From positions 3,929 to 67,928 of the forward strand of contig CAYXKF010000004.1 of the NCBI GenBank assembly GCA_964464735.1: a DNA stretch of 64,000 bases, in the 5' to 3' direction. The notes beneath the pieces are model-generated. The model made no database searches. It was not told the DNA's origin and worked only from the letters and a program-made list of their open reading frames with translations. Positions within the stretch are counted from its first letter, which is position 1; each line of letters opens with the position of its first letter. The DNA comes from an uncultured Candidatus Saccharibacteria bacterium (GTDB taxonomy: Bacteria > Patescibacteriota > Minisyncoccia > Phycocordibacterales > UBA1006). Both the position numbers and the translations under genes were made by a program. Below are positions 27,297 through 38,401 of this stretch, piece by piece.

Positions 27297-29972
27297 TTAT
27301 AAGCGCTTTTTCTTTAAAAGCTTTTTTAAATAGTAACCAGTATACGATTCGCCATTGTGTGATACGTCTTCGGGCGTACCCTTTGCGATGATCGTTCCCC
27401 CGCCTGACCCCCCTTCGGGGCCAAAATCGATCAGATAATCGGCGCACTTAATAAGGTCAAGATTGTGCTCGATCGTAATGACGCTATTGCCGCGATCAAC
27501 TAGCTTGTTTAACACTTCAATCAGCTTACGCACATCTTCGTAATGAAGCCCAACCGTTGGTTCGTCCAGCAGATAGACAGTTTTTTGCGTCAGCGGACGA
27601 TACAACTCGCTTGAGATTTTTACGCGCTGCGATTCACCGCCCGAAAGCGTGTTGGCCTGCTGCCCCAGTTTGATGTATCCCAACCCAACGGCATCAAGCG
27701 TCGAAAGGCGGTCATATACTTGTGGGATATCATTAAAGAATTCAAGTGCCTCATCGACAGTCATTTCAAGCACCTCGAACACGTTTTTGTTTCGATACTT
27801 TACGGCAAGTGTTTCTTTATCAAATCGTTTACCATGACAGACATCACACGTTACATAGACTGTCGGCAAAAAGTGCATCTCGACAGCAACTGATCCACGT
27901 CCTTCGCAGGCCTCGCAGCGGCCACCACCGCGTTCTGATTTTACGTTAAATGAAAAACGGTTCGCTTTCCAGCCGCGTGCTCGCGCTTCATTGGTTGCGG
28001 CAAATAATTCACGAATTGGTTCCCATGCGCCCGTATAGGTCGCTGGGTTACTACGTGGTGTGCGGCCAATGACCGACTGGTCAACCATGACCACACGCGA
28101 GACCGATTTGTCACCTTCAAAATGATCGACATTATAGACTTTTGCACTGCGATGCTCGCGGTCGTATCGTGCCAATAAGTTCTTATACAAAATGTCGTAC
28201 ATAAACGACGACTTGCCCGAACCCGATACGCCCGTAATACATACAAAACGTCCTAATGGCACGTCGATGTTTAGTTTTTTAATATTGTGAATCGCCCCAC
28301 CGCGTACTTTTAAAATGCCCTTGTCAGATATCCGGCGTTTTTCGGGAACTTCGATTACTTTTTCGCCACGCAAATAAGCCAGGGTCTGCGACCGTGGCGG
28401 TGCTTTAGGTGCGTCCAATAATTTTTGCAGATAATCCGAAACCAACACTTCGCCGCCATGACGTCCGGCGCCCGGACCAATGTCAATAATGTAGTCAGAT
28501 GCCAACAGCGTGTCTTCGTCGTGTTCAACGACAATAATAGTATTACCAATATCACGAAGCTTGGTAAGTGTTTTGATCAAACGGTCGTTATCGCGCTGGT
28601 GCAAACCAATAGTTGGTTCGTCCAATACATACAAAGCACCCACTAGTTTGGTACCCAGTTGGGACGCCAATCGGATACGCTGGCTTTCGCCACCAGACAA
28701 TGTGTGCGCCTTACGGCTTAATGTAAGGTATGCCAATCCAACATCAAGCAAGAATTTTAAGCGGTTGGTAATTTCATTTAAAAGCGGCTCGGCAATTGCC
28801 ATGTCTTTTTCACCCAAAGACAGCTCAAATAAAAACGTGTGTGCCTGGTCGATCGTCAGCTCGGTAAAATCGATGATCGAAAGCCCTTTGCCTTCTGACC
28901 CACCTTTTCCAATAAATACATGCAGCGCTTCGGTGCGAAGTCGCGTGCCGTTACAGTCGGGACACAAATCCTCTTCTTCAAAGCCGCTCCATGCCGACGT
29001 GGTACCCAATCCATGACAGGTTGGACACGCGCCGTACGGGCTGTTAAACGAGAACAATCGTGGTTCAATTTCGGGAAAAACAAACCCGTCATCAGGGCAT
29101 ACCAATCGCGACGAAAACAACGTATCTTCAATTACTGTACCATCAGGACGCACAAACGATACCCGCACAAACCCTTCGGCTTCGGTAACCGAACGCTCGA
29201 CGGCTTCAGTAAGACGCATGGTAAAATCATCTGGCGTGTCATGCATTTCGTGAATCGAAAATTCATCGACCAATAGGTCTATGTCATGCTTACTAGTCTT
29301 ATTAAGCGTGATACGTTCGCGCAGTTTTTTCATTTCACCGTCAATTTGCGCCATAGTGTAACCCGAACCCAGCGCATCGTAGAGCAGCTGATAGTATTCG
29401 CCTTTGCGCCCGCGGACGACCGGTGCAAAAATGCGCACCCGGCTATCGTCCCACTTAACACCCATGACACTTTTGGTTCCTTGTTGCTCTTTTTCAAACT
29501 GGATAATCTTTGCAGTAACAAAGTTACGAATTTCTTCGTTAGTCATCTTGCGGATTTCTTTTCCGGATATCGGGCTATACGGCCGGCCAATACGCGCATA
29601 CAGTACACGAAGATAGTCATATATTTCGGTGATCGTAGCGACGGTCGAGCGCGGGTTATTACTTCGTGATTTTTGGTCAATTGAAATTGCCGGAGAAAGC
29701 CCAATGATATCATCAACGTCAGGCTTAGGCATTTGCGCTAAAAACTGGCGCGCGTAACTTGAAAGCGATTCGACATAGCGGCGCTGACCTTCGGCAAAAA
29801 TAGTATCAAACGCAAGCGATGATTTGCCTGATCCCGACAAGCCGGTAATCGCAACCATGGCATTACGCGGCATGCGCACCGTAATGTCTTTTAAGTTATG
29901 CGTACGGGCACCTTTTACGATAATTTCGCGCTCACCTTCTGAAAAATGGGGACTTTTTTGATCTTTTTTCGG
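27297..29972 (-). CDS. uvrA: Excinuclease ABC subunit A
   Basis: Two ABC ATPase modules ([21 protein letters not shown]) and zinc fingers. The likely start is MPKKDQ...[12 protein letters not shown], with the ORF-track N-extension ignored. Confidence 0.9.
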   Translation of the reverse strand, partial: PKKDQKSPHFSEGEREIIVKGARTHNLKDITVRMPRNAMVAITGLSGSGKSSLAFDTIFAEGQRRYVESLSSYARQFLAQMPKPDVDDIIGLSPAISIDQKSRSNNPRSTVATITEIYDYLRVLYARIGRPYSPISGKEIRKMTNEEIRNFVTAKIIQFEKEQQGTKSVMGVKWDDSRVRIFAPVVRGRKGEYYQLLYDALGSGYTMAQIDGEMKKLRERITLNKTSKHDIDLLVDEFSIHEMHDTPDDFTMRLTEAVERSVTEAEGFVRVSFVRPDGTVIEDTLFSSRLVCPDDGFVFPEIEPRLFSFNSPYGACPTCHGLGTTSAWSGFEEEDLCPDCNGTRLRTEALHVFIGKGGSEGKGLSIIDFTELTIDQAHTFLFELSLGEKDMAIAEPLLNEITNRLKFLLDVGLAYLTLSRKAHTLSGGESQRIRLASQLGTKLVGALYVLDEPTIGLHQRDNDRLIKTLTKLRDIGNTIIVVEHDEDTLLASDYIIDIGPGAGRHGGEVLVSDYLQKLLDAPKAPPRSQTLAYLRGEKVIEVPEKRRISDKGILKVRGGAIHNIKKLNIDVPLGRFVCITGVSGSGKSSFMYDILYKNLLARYDREHRSAKVYNVDHFEGDKSVSRVVMVDQSVIGRTPRSNPATYTGAWEPIRELFAATNEARARGWKANRFSFNVKSERGGGRCEACEGRGSVAVEMHFLPTVYVTCDVCHGKRFDKETLAVKYRNKNVFEVLEMTVDEALEFFNDIPQVYDRLSTLDAVGLGYIKLGQQANTLSGGESQRVKISSELYRPLTQKTVYLLDEPTVGLHYEDVRKLIEVLNKLVDRGNSVITIEHNLDLIKCADYLIDFGPEGGSGGGTIIAKGTPEDVSHNGESYTGYYLKKLLKKKRL

Positions 29973-30078
29973 CATCTTACTAAAGTACCCCATGACGTAT
30001 AAAAAATCAAACATGTGAAAACGGAAGTCTGTTGCGACTTCCGTTTCTGTGTATTGATAAGATATTTCGTTGTGTTTT

Positions 30079-31107
30079 TTAAGCGAATTCAAGCAATTCA
30101 GCTAATGGTGATTCGATACCGTAAGTACCGTGCTGCAAAAACCTTCCATGAACAAGTCCTCCTGCGGCTCCACATTCTAACACCTGTTTAAGACCGGCTG
30201 CGGTTTCTACTGGCCCGCCAATTGGAAGAATATCAATATCCTTTGGAAATATCTGTGCGAACGTAAGCACCTGTGGCATTGAAATAAGTGTAGTTATTGG
30301 TCCAGTAAGATTACCGACCGTTTGTTTGCTTCCGTATGATATAACAGATTTATTGCTGCCCAACTCACGCAATTCGATGCCTGGAATAGGTCCAGGGCCG
30401 GCAACAGCAGTAACAATGCCCGATTTAATAATAACTTCAGCAATGGCCATCAATATTGCTATTGAACTCGTAGTAAAACTACTTTCATGGAACTTAAGGT
30501 CATACCCATTAGCAGATATGGTATCTCTCATATGCTCCATTCTTTCCGTAAATTCAGATGGTTGCCAAATGTTGTAATTCGGCAGGGTTACCCAAAACTT
30601 TTTGCCATATGGTTTCAGTTCTTCTAAAAGAGCTTTAAGTAATTGTGGCGAATAGCCGTGAATCATCTGGCCCGATAAACTTAGGTCAATACAAATGATA
30701 TCTACATCCTTAAGCTTTGAACAAAGCCCTGAAATGCTTTTAGCAGCGGCTTTATCATCGCCGGTATAAAAATCAGATACTGTAACTACAAATGTTTTAT
30801 TGCACCGTTTCGCACGGATCTGAGTTTCAGATATGTATTCCATCATTTCAGGCAATCCAGAATTACCATTATTGATTTCGTATAAAGTCATCAAATTTTC
30901 CCCGCACCTCCAAAAAGGCTTATGCCCTGGAACTTCCATATGGTAATTCATTGGAGCAGGAGTAAATGTTCCTGTAACTAAGTGACTCGCGCTAGATTTT
31001 AACAGGTCATCTGTTTTTCTTTTATTTCCTTTAATGCAGCCTGGGGCAACCCCAAAGATACGCAACTGAGGAAATTCTTCAATAATAACTTTTCGGTCTT
31101 TTCTCAT
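30079..31107 (-). CDS. FMN-dependent TIM-barrel oxidoreductase, dihydroorotate dehydrogenase-like
   Basis: C-terminal [22 protein letters not shown] resembles the PyrD-family FMN site; 342 aa. Confidence 0.4.
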   Translation of the reverse strand: MRKDRKVIIEEFPQLRIFGVAPGCIKGNKRKTDDLLKSSASHLVTGTFTPAPMNYHMEVPGHKPFWRCGENLMTLYEINNGNSGLPEMMEYISETQIRAKRCNKTFVVTVSDFYTGDDKAAAKSISGLCSKLKDVDIICIDLSLSGQMIHGYSPQLLKALLEELKPYGKKFWVTLPNYNIWQPSEFTERMEHMRDTISANGYDLKFHESSFTTSSIAILMAIAEVIIKSGIVTAVAGPGPIPGIELRELGSNKSVISYGSKQTVGNLTGPITTLISMPQVLTFAQIFPKDIDILPIGGPVETAAGLKQVLECGAAGGLVHGRFLQHGTYGIESPLAELLEFA

Positions 31108-31174
31108 GTCCGTTATTTTTTTATGTTCACCAGCAAACTACCATGAAAAAACGCCCCTTTCAAGGCGCTTTGTT

Positions 31175-31747
31175 TTATACATTATTTGATCCGTTCAAGA
31201 ATGTTGCAGCCTTTTCGTAGCCCGCTGTGATCAAGATCTCGATTGCCTGTTTTACTTTTGGCGCGACATCGTGCAGTGCTTTTATTTCAACTTCAGTAAA
31301 ATTGCCAAGCACATTGGGTTTAATAAACTTTCCTTCGGTATAGCGCTGCGCCAAACCAATACGAATACGATAATAATCACTTCCGCCCAAATGTGCGTTC
31401 AATGACTTAATACCGTTATGTCCGGCGTCGCCGCGGTCGTACGAAATTTTTACTTGGCCCAATGGCAAATCAACTTCATCATGCAAAACAATAAACTTTG
31501 CATTATCTAATTCGTGATGCTTTTTTGCATATGCGGCGCTGATACCCGATTCGTTCATAAACGTTTGCGGCTTGATAAGTTCGATGCTAGTGCCCGCAAA
31601 TTGTGTCTTGGCAAAATCAGCCTTTGCCATTTTTGAATGCTCGTAGGTCTCGTTTGGAAACATGTAATCAAGCAAAAGCCAGCCGGCGTTATGGCGGGTT
31701 TTAGCTAACTTTTCGGTTGGGTTACCAAGGGCAACGATGCAGTACAT
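31175..31747 (-). CDS. pth: Peptidyl-tRNA hydrolase
   Basis: VALGNPTEKLAKTRHNAGWLLLD Pth signature. Confidence 0.85.
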   Translation of the reverse strand: MYCIVALGNPTEKLAKTRHNAGWLLLDYMFPNETYEHSKMAKADFAKTQFAGTSIELIKPQTFMNESGISAAYAKKHHELDNAKFIVLHDEVDLPLGQVKISYDRGDAGHNGIKSLNAHLGGSDYYRIRIGLAQRYTEGKFIKPNVLGNFTEVEIKALHDVAPKVKQAIEILITAGYEKAATFLNGSNNV

Positions 31748-31764
31748 AAGTCGATAATACAAAA

Positions 31765-32298
31765 TTATAAGTGCTTGGCAATTGCCTCGATGACTTCTGG
31801 AAACGTATCTTGCGGATAAAAGTGACCTCCCTTTTCTAATTCGTAATAATCGGCATCAAGCATGTTTGCCACATGGCGGGCTTCGGCGATTGGAATATGC
31901 GGATCATCAACGGCATTAAACTCGATAATCCACTTTTGGTTATTCTTAATCGCTTGCCAATCCCATGGTGTATCAAAATATTCGGCATCAATTTCGGACT
32001 GGATATTCATATGTGTGTGATAGGTGCCGATTAACACCGAGCCAAGTATTTTGTGAGTTTGTGCGTATCGCATAGCCGCAATTGCACCGGTCGAATGGCC
32101 GATCAAAATAGTATTTTCGTCAGCGTTCAATGACTCAATATAGGGCATCCAAATTGACTCACGGCCAATTTCAGAATCAGGAAAAATTCCCGGCGAAATT
32201 ACTTTGATACCTAATTTTTCAAGCTCGGTTTTTAAATACGGAAAAAAATTCTGGTTCGTATCACCTCCACCATTTCCGGGCAAAAAGATTGCACGCAT
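31765..32298 (-). CDS. Alpha/beta hydrolase, YdeN/RBBP9-like serine hydrolase
   Basis: GHSTG nucleophile elbow; ~178 aa from the internal Met MRAIFLPGNGGGD. Confidence 0.55.
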   Translation of the reverse strand: MRAIFLPGNGGGDTNQNFFPYLKTELEKLGIKVISPGIFPDSEIGRESIWMPYIESLNADENTILIGHSTGAIAAMRYAQTHKILGSVLIGTYHTHMNIQSEIDAEYFDTPWDWQAIKNNQKWIIEFNAVDDPHIPIAEARHVANMLDADYYELEKGGHFYPQDTFPEVIEAIAKHL

Positions 32299-32299
32299 G

Positions 32300-33214
32300 T
32301 TACTTTTCATATCTTTTAACAAATGCCAATACTTCGGAACGTTGCGGTGAATTTGAAGCACCAAATCGCTGCACCTTAAGTGCCGAGGCGGCGTTCGCAA
32401 GATGGATTGCATCACGAATAGACTTCCCCTGGGCCAACAATGCGGCAAATGCGCCAGTAAAGCAATCGCCTGCGCCCGTAGTATCGGCAGCTTTTACCTT
32501 AAATACAGGCTCATACCAGATATATACCGGATCTGCATATACGATACCGGTTTTACCAAGCGTTACCAGCACGGCTGTATTCGTTTTTACGGCAAGTTTT
32601 TGCGCTGCTATAGTAATCGCTTTTTTGTTTTTACCATCAACTTTCTTATTTATATAAAATGAAAGCTCGGTTTCATTCACACATAAGATATCGGTATATT
32701 CAATGATTCCTTTCTCAAGCTGAAGTGCGGGTGCAGCATTTAAAATGGTAACCACTTTCCTTTCTTTTGCCTTTTTGAATAGTGCAAGTATGGATTTTTG
32801 CGGCACCTCGAGTGTCGCTAGTGCAACATCGCCATCCGAAAATAACATGCCTGAAGACTTCAAAGTAGTATCGGTATTTGCGCCACTTGAAACAGCAATG
32901 ACATTTTCCCCATCCTTCGAAACCATGATCATCGCTACCCCAGTTGGTTTTTTTGATTTGGATACAATAAGTTTCGCAAATTCTTGTGATTTTAAAAATG
33001 ACAAAACATCTTTTCCAAAACTATCGCGTCCTATGGTGCCAATGATCGAGGTCGGCGCTTTCATACGATTTGAAGCAAGGGCTTGATTAAGCCCCTTACC
33101 GCCGGGAATATACGATACATCGCCGCCAATGACCGTTTGTCCAGAATTTGGCGCCGAATCAACCGGTACCGTAATATCCATATTTATGCTTGCGAGTACG
33201 ATGACTTTTGACAT
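32300..33214 (-). CDS. rbsK: PfkB-family sugar kinase (ribokinase-like)
   Basis: GGKGLNQA and DTTGAGD motifs. Confidence 0.8.
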   Translation of the reverse strand: MSKVIVLASINMDITVPVDSAPNSGQTVIGGDVSYIPGGKGLNQALASNRMKAPTSIIGTIGRDSFGKDVLSFLKSQEFAKLIVSKSKKPTGVAMIMVSKDGENVIAVSSGANTDTTLKSSGMLFSDGDVALATLEVPQKSILALFKKAKERKVVTILNAAPALQLEKGIIEYTDILCVNETELSFYINKKVDGKNKKAITIAAQKLAVKTNTAVLVTLGKTGIVYADPVYIWYEPVFKVKAADTTGAGDCFTGAFAALLAQGKSIRDAIHLANAASALKVQRFGASNSPQRSEVLAFVKRYEK

Positions 33215-33232
33215 AACTTAATTATAGCATTT

Positions 33233-34951
33233 TTATAAAAACTCCTGCTGATAACATTCTTTGCAATAAATCACCGGCGCGCGGTCTTTTTCGTAATGGG
33301 TCCTAAACTGCTTGTTGCAATTATCGCAGGTGCGGTCTTTTAGTCGCATATTATTTACCCATATGCGAAGCTTTGCATCAATACGGCAAAACGGACACTG
33401 GCGCGGAATACAAATGTTTAACTTTCGAAGCAATTGAAGTTCAAGCGGAATAATTTTATATCCTTTTTTGCAATCACTGCATTCGATCGTTTCAGATAAA
33501 ATTGAATCGTCAATATGTGAAATATGATCAAGCACATCAGCAGCTTTTTTGGTAATTGAATATTCACGCTTGCTGTCATCATGTTTCCATCCGCCCATTG
33601 CCAAAACCTGGGCATCAGTCTTTGGATAAAACAAATTGGCAAACGTATGCTGATACGGAAACGGCGCGATCTGCGGCGGAAAAAACTCGCCGTACTTGTA
33701 TACATGCCCATTAGTATCACTGTACGGCATATCATCGATATGCTTGATAATTTTTTCGCGCAAAGCAGTGTATTCATCTTTTGTATACTGTTTGTTAAAA
33801 ATAACGTAATCGCCCTTTCGCGCCGAAACGCATCCAAACTGGTTGCTTCCAGTTATCGCAAGCTTGCAATACGCACTGTCGGTCAGATTGATACCGCTTT
33901 CTTGAACGAACTTCACGTTTGAAGCAAATTCGCCCGTTACCCCGCTTTCATACGCGTTTTCTAGCCCGTATCCAAAGTCGCAAATGTCATAGCAGTTCTT
34001 TTGCGGGGCACGGTACAAGCTAATACAATACTTGCAGTCTTCACAATACGCGCAGTCGTAGCATTCGTGACAGTTTTTTGATTCAAAAATATAACTGCCA
34101 GTGCAATTAACCGACATAGTATCCCACGCCGGACGCGGCACGACGCTTTTCCAAAAATCTTGTGCTTCAGTTTGCGCTTTTTGGTATCCGACATGCGAAC
34201 CTAAGTCATATTGTGCGCGTTTTTCAAGATACGCCTCTTTGGTCAGCTGTTCGTTTTTAAAGCAATAGCTTTTATTTTTTAAGTTCGCACACATAAAACA
34301 ATTGGTGCAGTTTTCACAATCGCGCAAAAAGGCACTGTCGATGCAAAAGCGATTATTGCCGCGGCTTCCTACCACGCGCGAGCTTTTGTACAGGTTCGAG
34401 CAGTCATAACACGCGTCACAGCTCATCACCATCGAACAATCAGAAACATCACGGCACTGCGTCACGTTAAACCCATATTCGCATTCTTGGTTGAAATCGG
34501 TATTGAATGTTAGATAACAATCTTTCAAATCGGCGGCGTGATTATTGTATGGCGAACCAGGAGTCGTCGTCGCATTAATTGAAAGGCCTAACAGTGGTGC
34601 TTGATGCATCAGTTCATCAAACTGTTCGAAAAATGGACGACTAAAATCGTAATCGCGGCCATAATCGCGCCAATCCCAATTGTCAGACCACCAGCATGTC
34701 GGGCAATACACTTTGTACTGCGAGCGTTTATCTTCGCCATTTGGCGGATACATCGAAATGAAGCGCTTACTGCACAAATCGCAGTCACGGTAAAACAAAT
34801 TTACCAAGTTGTACCAAGCGTAGCGGCGCATCCGTCGGCAGTCAGGGCAAAAAGTCGGCGGCGGAACCTGCATTTTTTCGTAAAATCCAAAGTCGTCATC
34901 CTCGATGACAAATGACTTTTTGCAGTTTTGGCAATTTCGCGTTTCGGTCAT
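33233..34951 (-). CDS. Cys-rich zinc-ribbon paralog G (array position 7); start MTETRNCQNCK, with its ATG overlapping the TGA of paralog F (ATGA)
   Basis: Family consensus at both termini (…FYEKMQVPPPTFCPDCRRMRR… / …VIYCKECYQQEFL); internal NKQYTKDEY module. Confidence 0.8.
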   Translation of the reverse strand: MTETRNCQNCKKSFVIEDDDFGFYEKMQVPPPTFCPDCRRMRRYAWYNLVNLFYRDCDLCSKRFISMYPPNGEDKRSQYKVYCPTCWWSDNWDWRDYGRDYDFSRPFFEQFDELMHQAPLLGLSINATTTPGSPYNNHAADLKDCYLTFNTDFNQECEYGFNVTQCRDVSDCSMVMSCDACYDCSNLYKSSRVVGSRGNNRFCIDSAFLRDCENCTNCFMCANLKNKSYCFKNEQLTKEAYLEKRAQYDLGSHVGYQKAQTEAQDFWKSVVPRPAWDTMSVNCTGSYIFESKNCHECYDCAYCEDCKYCISLYRAPQKNCYDICDFGYGLENAYESGVTGEFASNVKFVQESGINLTDSAYCKLAITGSNQFGCVSARKGDYVIFNKQYTKDEYTALREKIIKHIDDMPYSDTNGHVYKYGEFFPPQIAPFPYQHTFANLFYPKTDAQVLAMGGWKHDDSKREYSITKKAADVLDHISHIDDSILSETIECSDCKKGYKIIPLELQLLRKLNICIPRQCPFCRIDAKLRIWVNNMRLKDRTCDNCNKQFRTHYEKDRAPVIYCKECYQQEFL

Positions 34952-36648
34952 AAGTATTCTTGCTGATAACACTGCTTGCAGTAAATAACCGGCGCGCGGT
35001 CTTTGGTGTAAAACGTCTTAAATTCTTTGCCGCATTTATCACACGCACGATCAAGCTGCTGCATGTTTGAAACCCAAATATCGACTTTCTCCCAGATACG
35101 ACAAAACGGGCACGACCGAGGAAGCGGCAACGTATGCTGGCGCAAAAATTGCAACTCTTGCCCAATGACACGAAAACCGCGATTACAGGTACTGCAACCG
35201 ATCACCTCTTGCAAAATAGTGTCGGATGCATCTTTAATGTTGTCAGGCAAATATTTAGCTGCAACCGTAACAGCGTATTCGCGATTTTCGGGTTCGTACC
35301 ATTTTAGGCCCTTTACCTGCACCTGTTCTTTATTAAGTGGAAAAAAACGCGCGGCAAAGCTGTCGTTGTAAAAGTTCGGTGAGAATTCAGGTGGAAAGAA
35401 CTCGCCATATTTATAGACATGCCCTTCTGTACTAATATATGGATTAGCGTCCATGTCTTTCTTAATTTGTTCACGCAGCTTTTCGAATTCTTCTTTACTA
35501 TATTGTTTATTTAAAATCGAATAGTTGTTCTTTTTTAGGCTTACGCACCCAAAATGATGTTCGGCGGTAATTGAAAGCTTTGAATACTGTACATCCAACA
35601 ATCCATGACCTGATTCGTGGGTAAAATAAATATCCTGCGCGCCTTCACCGACCGTTATCGCTTCGTAAATACGATTCGAATTATTTCCCCAGTCGACATA
35701 ATCGTAGCTGTCTTTTACCGGGCCAAACTTGATAAGCATCAAATATTTAGAGTCTTCGGCATACGAAACTGCATAGCATTCTTTGCTATTTTTGCAGTAC
35801 GAAAAATAGCTCCCACTGCTTTTATCGTCTGAAAACAGGTCATAAACCGGCCGCGGTGAATATTTTTTAAAATGATCATAGGCTTTTTTCTTGTATTCTT
35901 GGTATTGGCTGTACGAACCCAAATCTATTTCGGACATCTTTTGCTTGTATTCTTCTTTTGAAAGCTGTTCGTTAAAAAATACATTCGAGGCATGCTGAAG
36001 GTTGATCGAGCCAAAACAATTATTGCAGTCATTGCAGTCGTAACAAAACGTCGTATCGATCGATTTGATCATGCCATGAGAACCGACGACATGAAAGTTA
36101 TCCGACGCCGATACGCAGTCGAAACATTTTTCAGAACCGCTTATAAACGAGCAGTTGAGTACATTTTTATTCTGCGCGCCGTAGAATCCGTATACATGCT
36201 CTTCGCAAAAGTCCGAATAAAACAGCAAATAACAATTTTTCGAATGCCCCACATGATTACAAAATTGCGAGAAATTGCTGGTCGGCTGATCAATCGAAAG
36301 GCCCAACAACGGCGCTTTATGCAAAAGTTCATTCCATTGCTCGAGGAACGGACGCATAGGATCATAATCCATCGCCAAGTCCTTCGCATCCCACTTATCA
36401 GACCACCAGCAGCGATCGCAATACACGACATACGGCGCATCTGGGTGATACATCGAGAACCGCTCTTCGTGACACAGATCACACTTTCGCTTGAAAAGCT
36501 GGATTCCCTTCATCCAAATAAGGCGGCGTTGCAAGCGGCACTGCGGGCAAAATGTCGGCGGAGGAACATTGATTTTTGCGTAAAAATCAAAATCCTCGTC
36601 TTCGATGACGAATGCATTTTTACAATTTTGGCAATTTCGAGTTTCCAT
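34948..36648 (-). CDS. Cys-rich zinc-ribbon paralog F (array position 6)
   Basis: METRNCQNCKNAFVIEDEDFDFYAKINVPPPTFCPQCRLQRR...; C-terminal VIYCKQCYQQEYL; a 2-nt gap follows the upstream paralog's stop. Confidence 0.8.
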   Translation of the reverse strand: METRNCQNCKNAFVIEDEDFDFYAKINVPPPTFCPQCRLQRRLIWMKGIQLFKRKCDLCHEERFSMYHPDAPYVVYCDRCWWSDKWDAKDLAMDYDPMRPFLEQWNELLHKAPLLGLSIDQPTSNFSQFCNHVGHSKNCYLLFYSDFCEEHVYGFYGAQNKNVLNCSFISGSEKCFDCVSASDNFHVVGSHGMIKSIDTTFCYDCNDCNNCFGSINLQHASNVFFNEQLSKEEYKQKMSEIDLGSYSQYQEYKKKAYDHFKKYSPRPVYDLFSDDKSSGSYFSYCKNSKECYAVSYAEDSKYLMLIKFGPVKDSYDYVDWGNNSNRIYEAITVGEGAQDIYFTHESGHGLLDVQYSKLSITAEHHFGCVSLKKNNYSILNKQYSKEEFEKLREQIKKDMDANPYISTEGHVYKYGEFFPPEFSPNFYNDSFAARFFPLNKEQVQVKGLKWYEPENREYAVTVAAKYLPDNIKDASDTILQEVIGCSTCNRGFRVIGQELQFLRQHTLPLPRSCPFCRIWEKVDIWVSNMQQLDRACDKCGKEFKTFYTKDRAPVIYCKQCYQQEYL

Positions 36649-36650
36649 AC

Positions 36651-38399
36651 TTATGCAACTTCTGTCTGATAACACTTCTCGCAGTATATTACTTCTGCGC
36701 GATCTGGCGCATAGGTTGTCTGAAATTCATTTTGGCAATTGCCCATATGACCGTGATTCTCAGCTTTGCACATGCACTGACGATGATAGAGTGCCGGAGG
36801 ATTTCTCCAACCCACACGATCAATATGCCGGCAGTTAAAACATAGACGCGGAAGCGGCAGCTGCGACTGACGGTAAAAATCAAGTTCTTGCTGGGTAATT
36901 TTAAAGGCGCTAGCACAATCAACATTGCAGCCATTTTTATGTCCGTCTAGTTCGTCGTGTTGGCACTGAATCACTTCGTTTATAATCGAATCAGGAACAT
37001 CTTTTATTGAATCAGGTAACTCACTTGCCTTTTTGGTGATCGGATATTTTCGCTCTTCAGGTGTTCGCCAGCGATACCCTTGCTTAGTCGCTTCTTCTTC
37101 GGTAATAGGAAAATATTCAAACGCCTGTGATTGGCTGTATCCGTAAGTAGACATATCAAAAGGGAAAAATTCGCCGAACCGGTAAACTCGCCCTTCTGCA
37201 TCTATATACGGCATATCATCCATATGTTTTTTTATTTTTGGAAGCAAATCAAAGTATTCCTCTTTGGTGTATTGCTTATTTAAAATACAATACGTTTTAT
37301 TGCGCACGCCAATGCACCCAAAAACATTACTGACGCTTTTGCAATTGATTGAATAATATCCGTCACTTATATTTGCGCACTCAAATGTAGCGATTGTTTT
37401 ATGCGCGCCGTTTCCGCAGCAAATCGTCTCGTACGAAAGTTCGGTGCCTTCGCTTGAGGTGATATCCATCCCGTCATTGTTCGGAGGATAGATAACACTT
37501 TGGCAGTATTTCATATTTCGGGCATTGCCTACAAAAAAGCACCGATCAATTTCGCTTGCGTTATTTAAATAGTCTCCAATGCAGCCAGGAGCTTGCACGC
37601 TGTGCTGATATTTAACGGGTGATTTTTCCCAAAAGGTTTCGGCTTTTTTTCGCGCTTCAACAATACCCGACCACGAATCAAGGTTCATTTCGGCAAGCTT
37701 TGCTTTATACGTTTCTTTATCACATGGCTGATTGAAAATATGATAGCTTTTATTTTTCAACCCGCTGCATCCAAAACAGCTGGTACACCCGACACAATCT
37801 TGGGACATCCACACCTCGACGCACGAAACGCAGTTGCGCGAAAAATACGTTTTGAAAGATTGCGTGGTGTTTATACAGTAATAACAGAGTTCAGAATCTT
37901 TTACATTTAATCCGTCAAAACATTTTTTGCTATATAAAAGCGTAACACTGTATGCGCTGTCTTCGTCATAACCCGAATCAAAACACAGATAACAATTTTT
38001 TGAATACCCACATACTGCATAGCTGCAATTCACCATTTCCATAGACCACATAATTCCCCATGGCACGACAGCATAGAAATCGCGAACTTGGTCGAAAAAT
38101 GGCCGTGAAAAATCGTAATCACGCCCGTAATCCATGGCATCCCACTTATCACTGTTCCAGTATTCATTACTATACACCGGCATTGGATTTTCAGGCGGCA
38201 TCAATGTAAATATTTTTTCACCAGTTGCAGCGCACGTGCGAGCATACAAATGGCGCATGTCGCGAAAACTCATACGACGGATCGCACGGCATTTCCAGCA
38301 AAATGTCGGCGGGGGTACCTTTATTTTTTCGTAGAATAAAAAGTCATCAGGCTCGATCGTAAATTGCAGTTTACAGTTTTGGCACGCTCGGGTTTCCAT
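36651..38399 (-). CDS. Cys-rich zinc-ribbon paralog E (array position 5)
   Basis: METRACQNCKLQFTIEPDDFLFYEKIKVPPPTFCWKCRAIRR...; C-terminal VIYCEKCYQTEVA. Confidence 0.8.
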   Translation of the reverse strand: METRACQNCKLQFTIEPDDFLFYEKIKVPPPTFCWKCRAIRRMSFRDMRHLYARTCAATGEKIFTLMPPENPMPVYSNEYWNSDKWDAMDYGRDYDFSRPFFDQVRDFYAVVPWGIMWSMEMVNCSYAVCGYSKNCYLCFDSGYDEDSAYSVTLLYSKKCFDGLNVKDSELCYYCINTTQSFKTYFSRNCVSCVEVWMSQDCVGCTSCFGCSGLKNKSYHIFNQPCDKETYKAKLAEMNLDSWSGIVEARKKAETFWEKSPVKYQHSVQAPGCIGDYLNNASEIDRCFFVGNARNMKYCQSVIYPPNNDGMDITSSEGTELSYETICCGNGAHKTIATFECANISDGYYSINCKSVSNVFGCIGVRNKTYCILNKQYTKEEYFDLLPKIKKHMDDMPYIDAEGRVYRFGEFFPFDMSTYGYSQSQAFEYFPITEEEATKQGYRWRTPEERKYPITKKASELPDSIKDVPDSIINEVIQCQHDELDGHKNGCNVDCASAFKITQQELDFYRQSQLPLPRLCFNCRHIDRVGWRNPPALYHRQCMCKAENHGHMGNCQNEFQTTYAPDRAEVIYCEKCYQTEVA

Positions 38400-38401
38400 A
38401 T

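Noticed and set aside
35992-36669. Long plus-strand ORFs (e.g. 35992-36669, 41188-41640, 42264-42731) opposite the Cys-rich genes
   Set aside because: They lie antisense to well-supported, motif-rich minus-strand genes, have low-complexity translations and are not conserved between paralogs. They are probably spurious.
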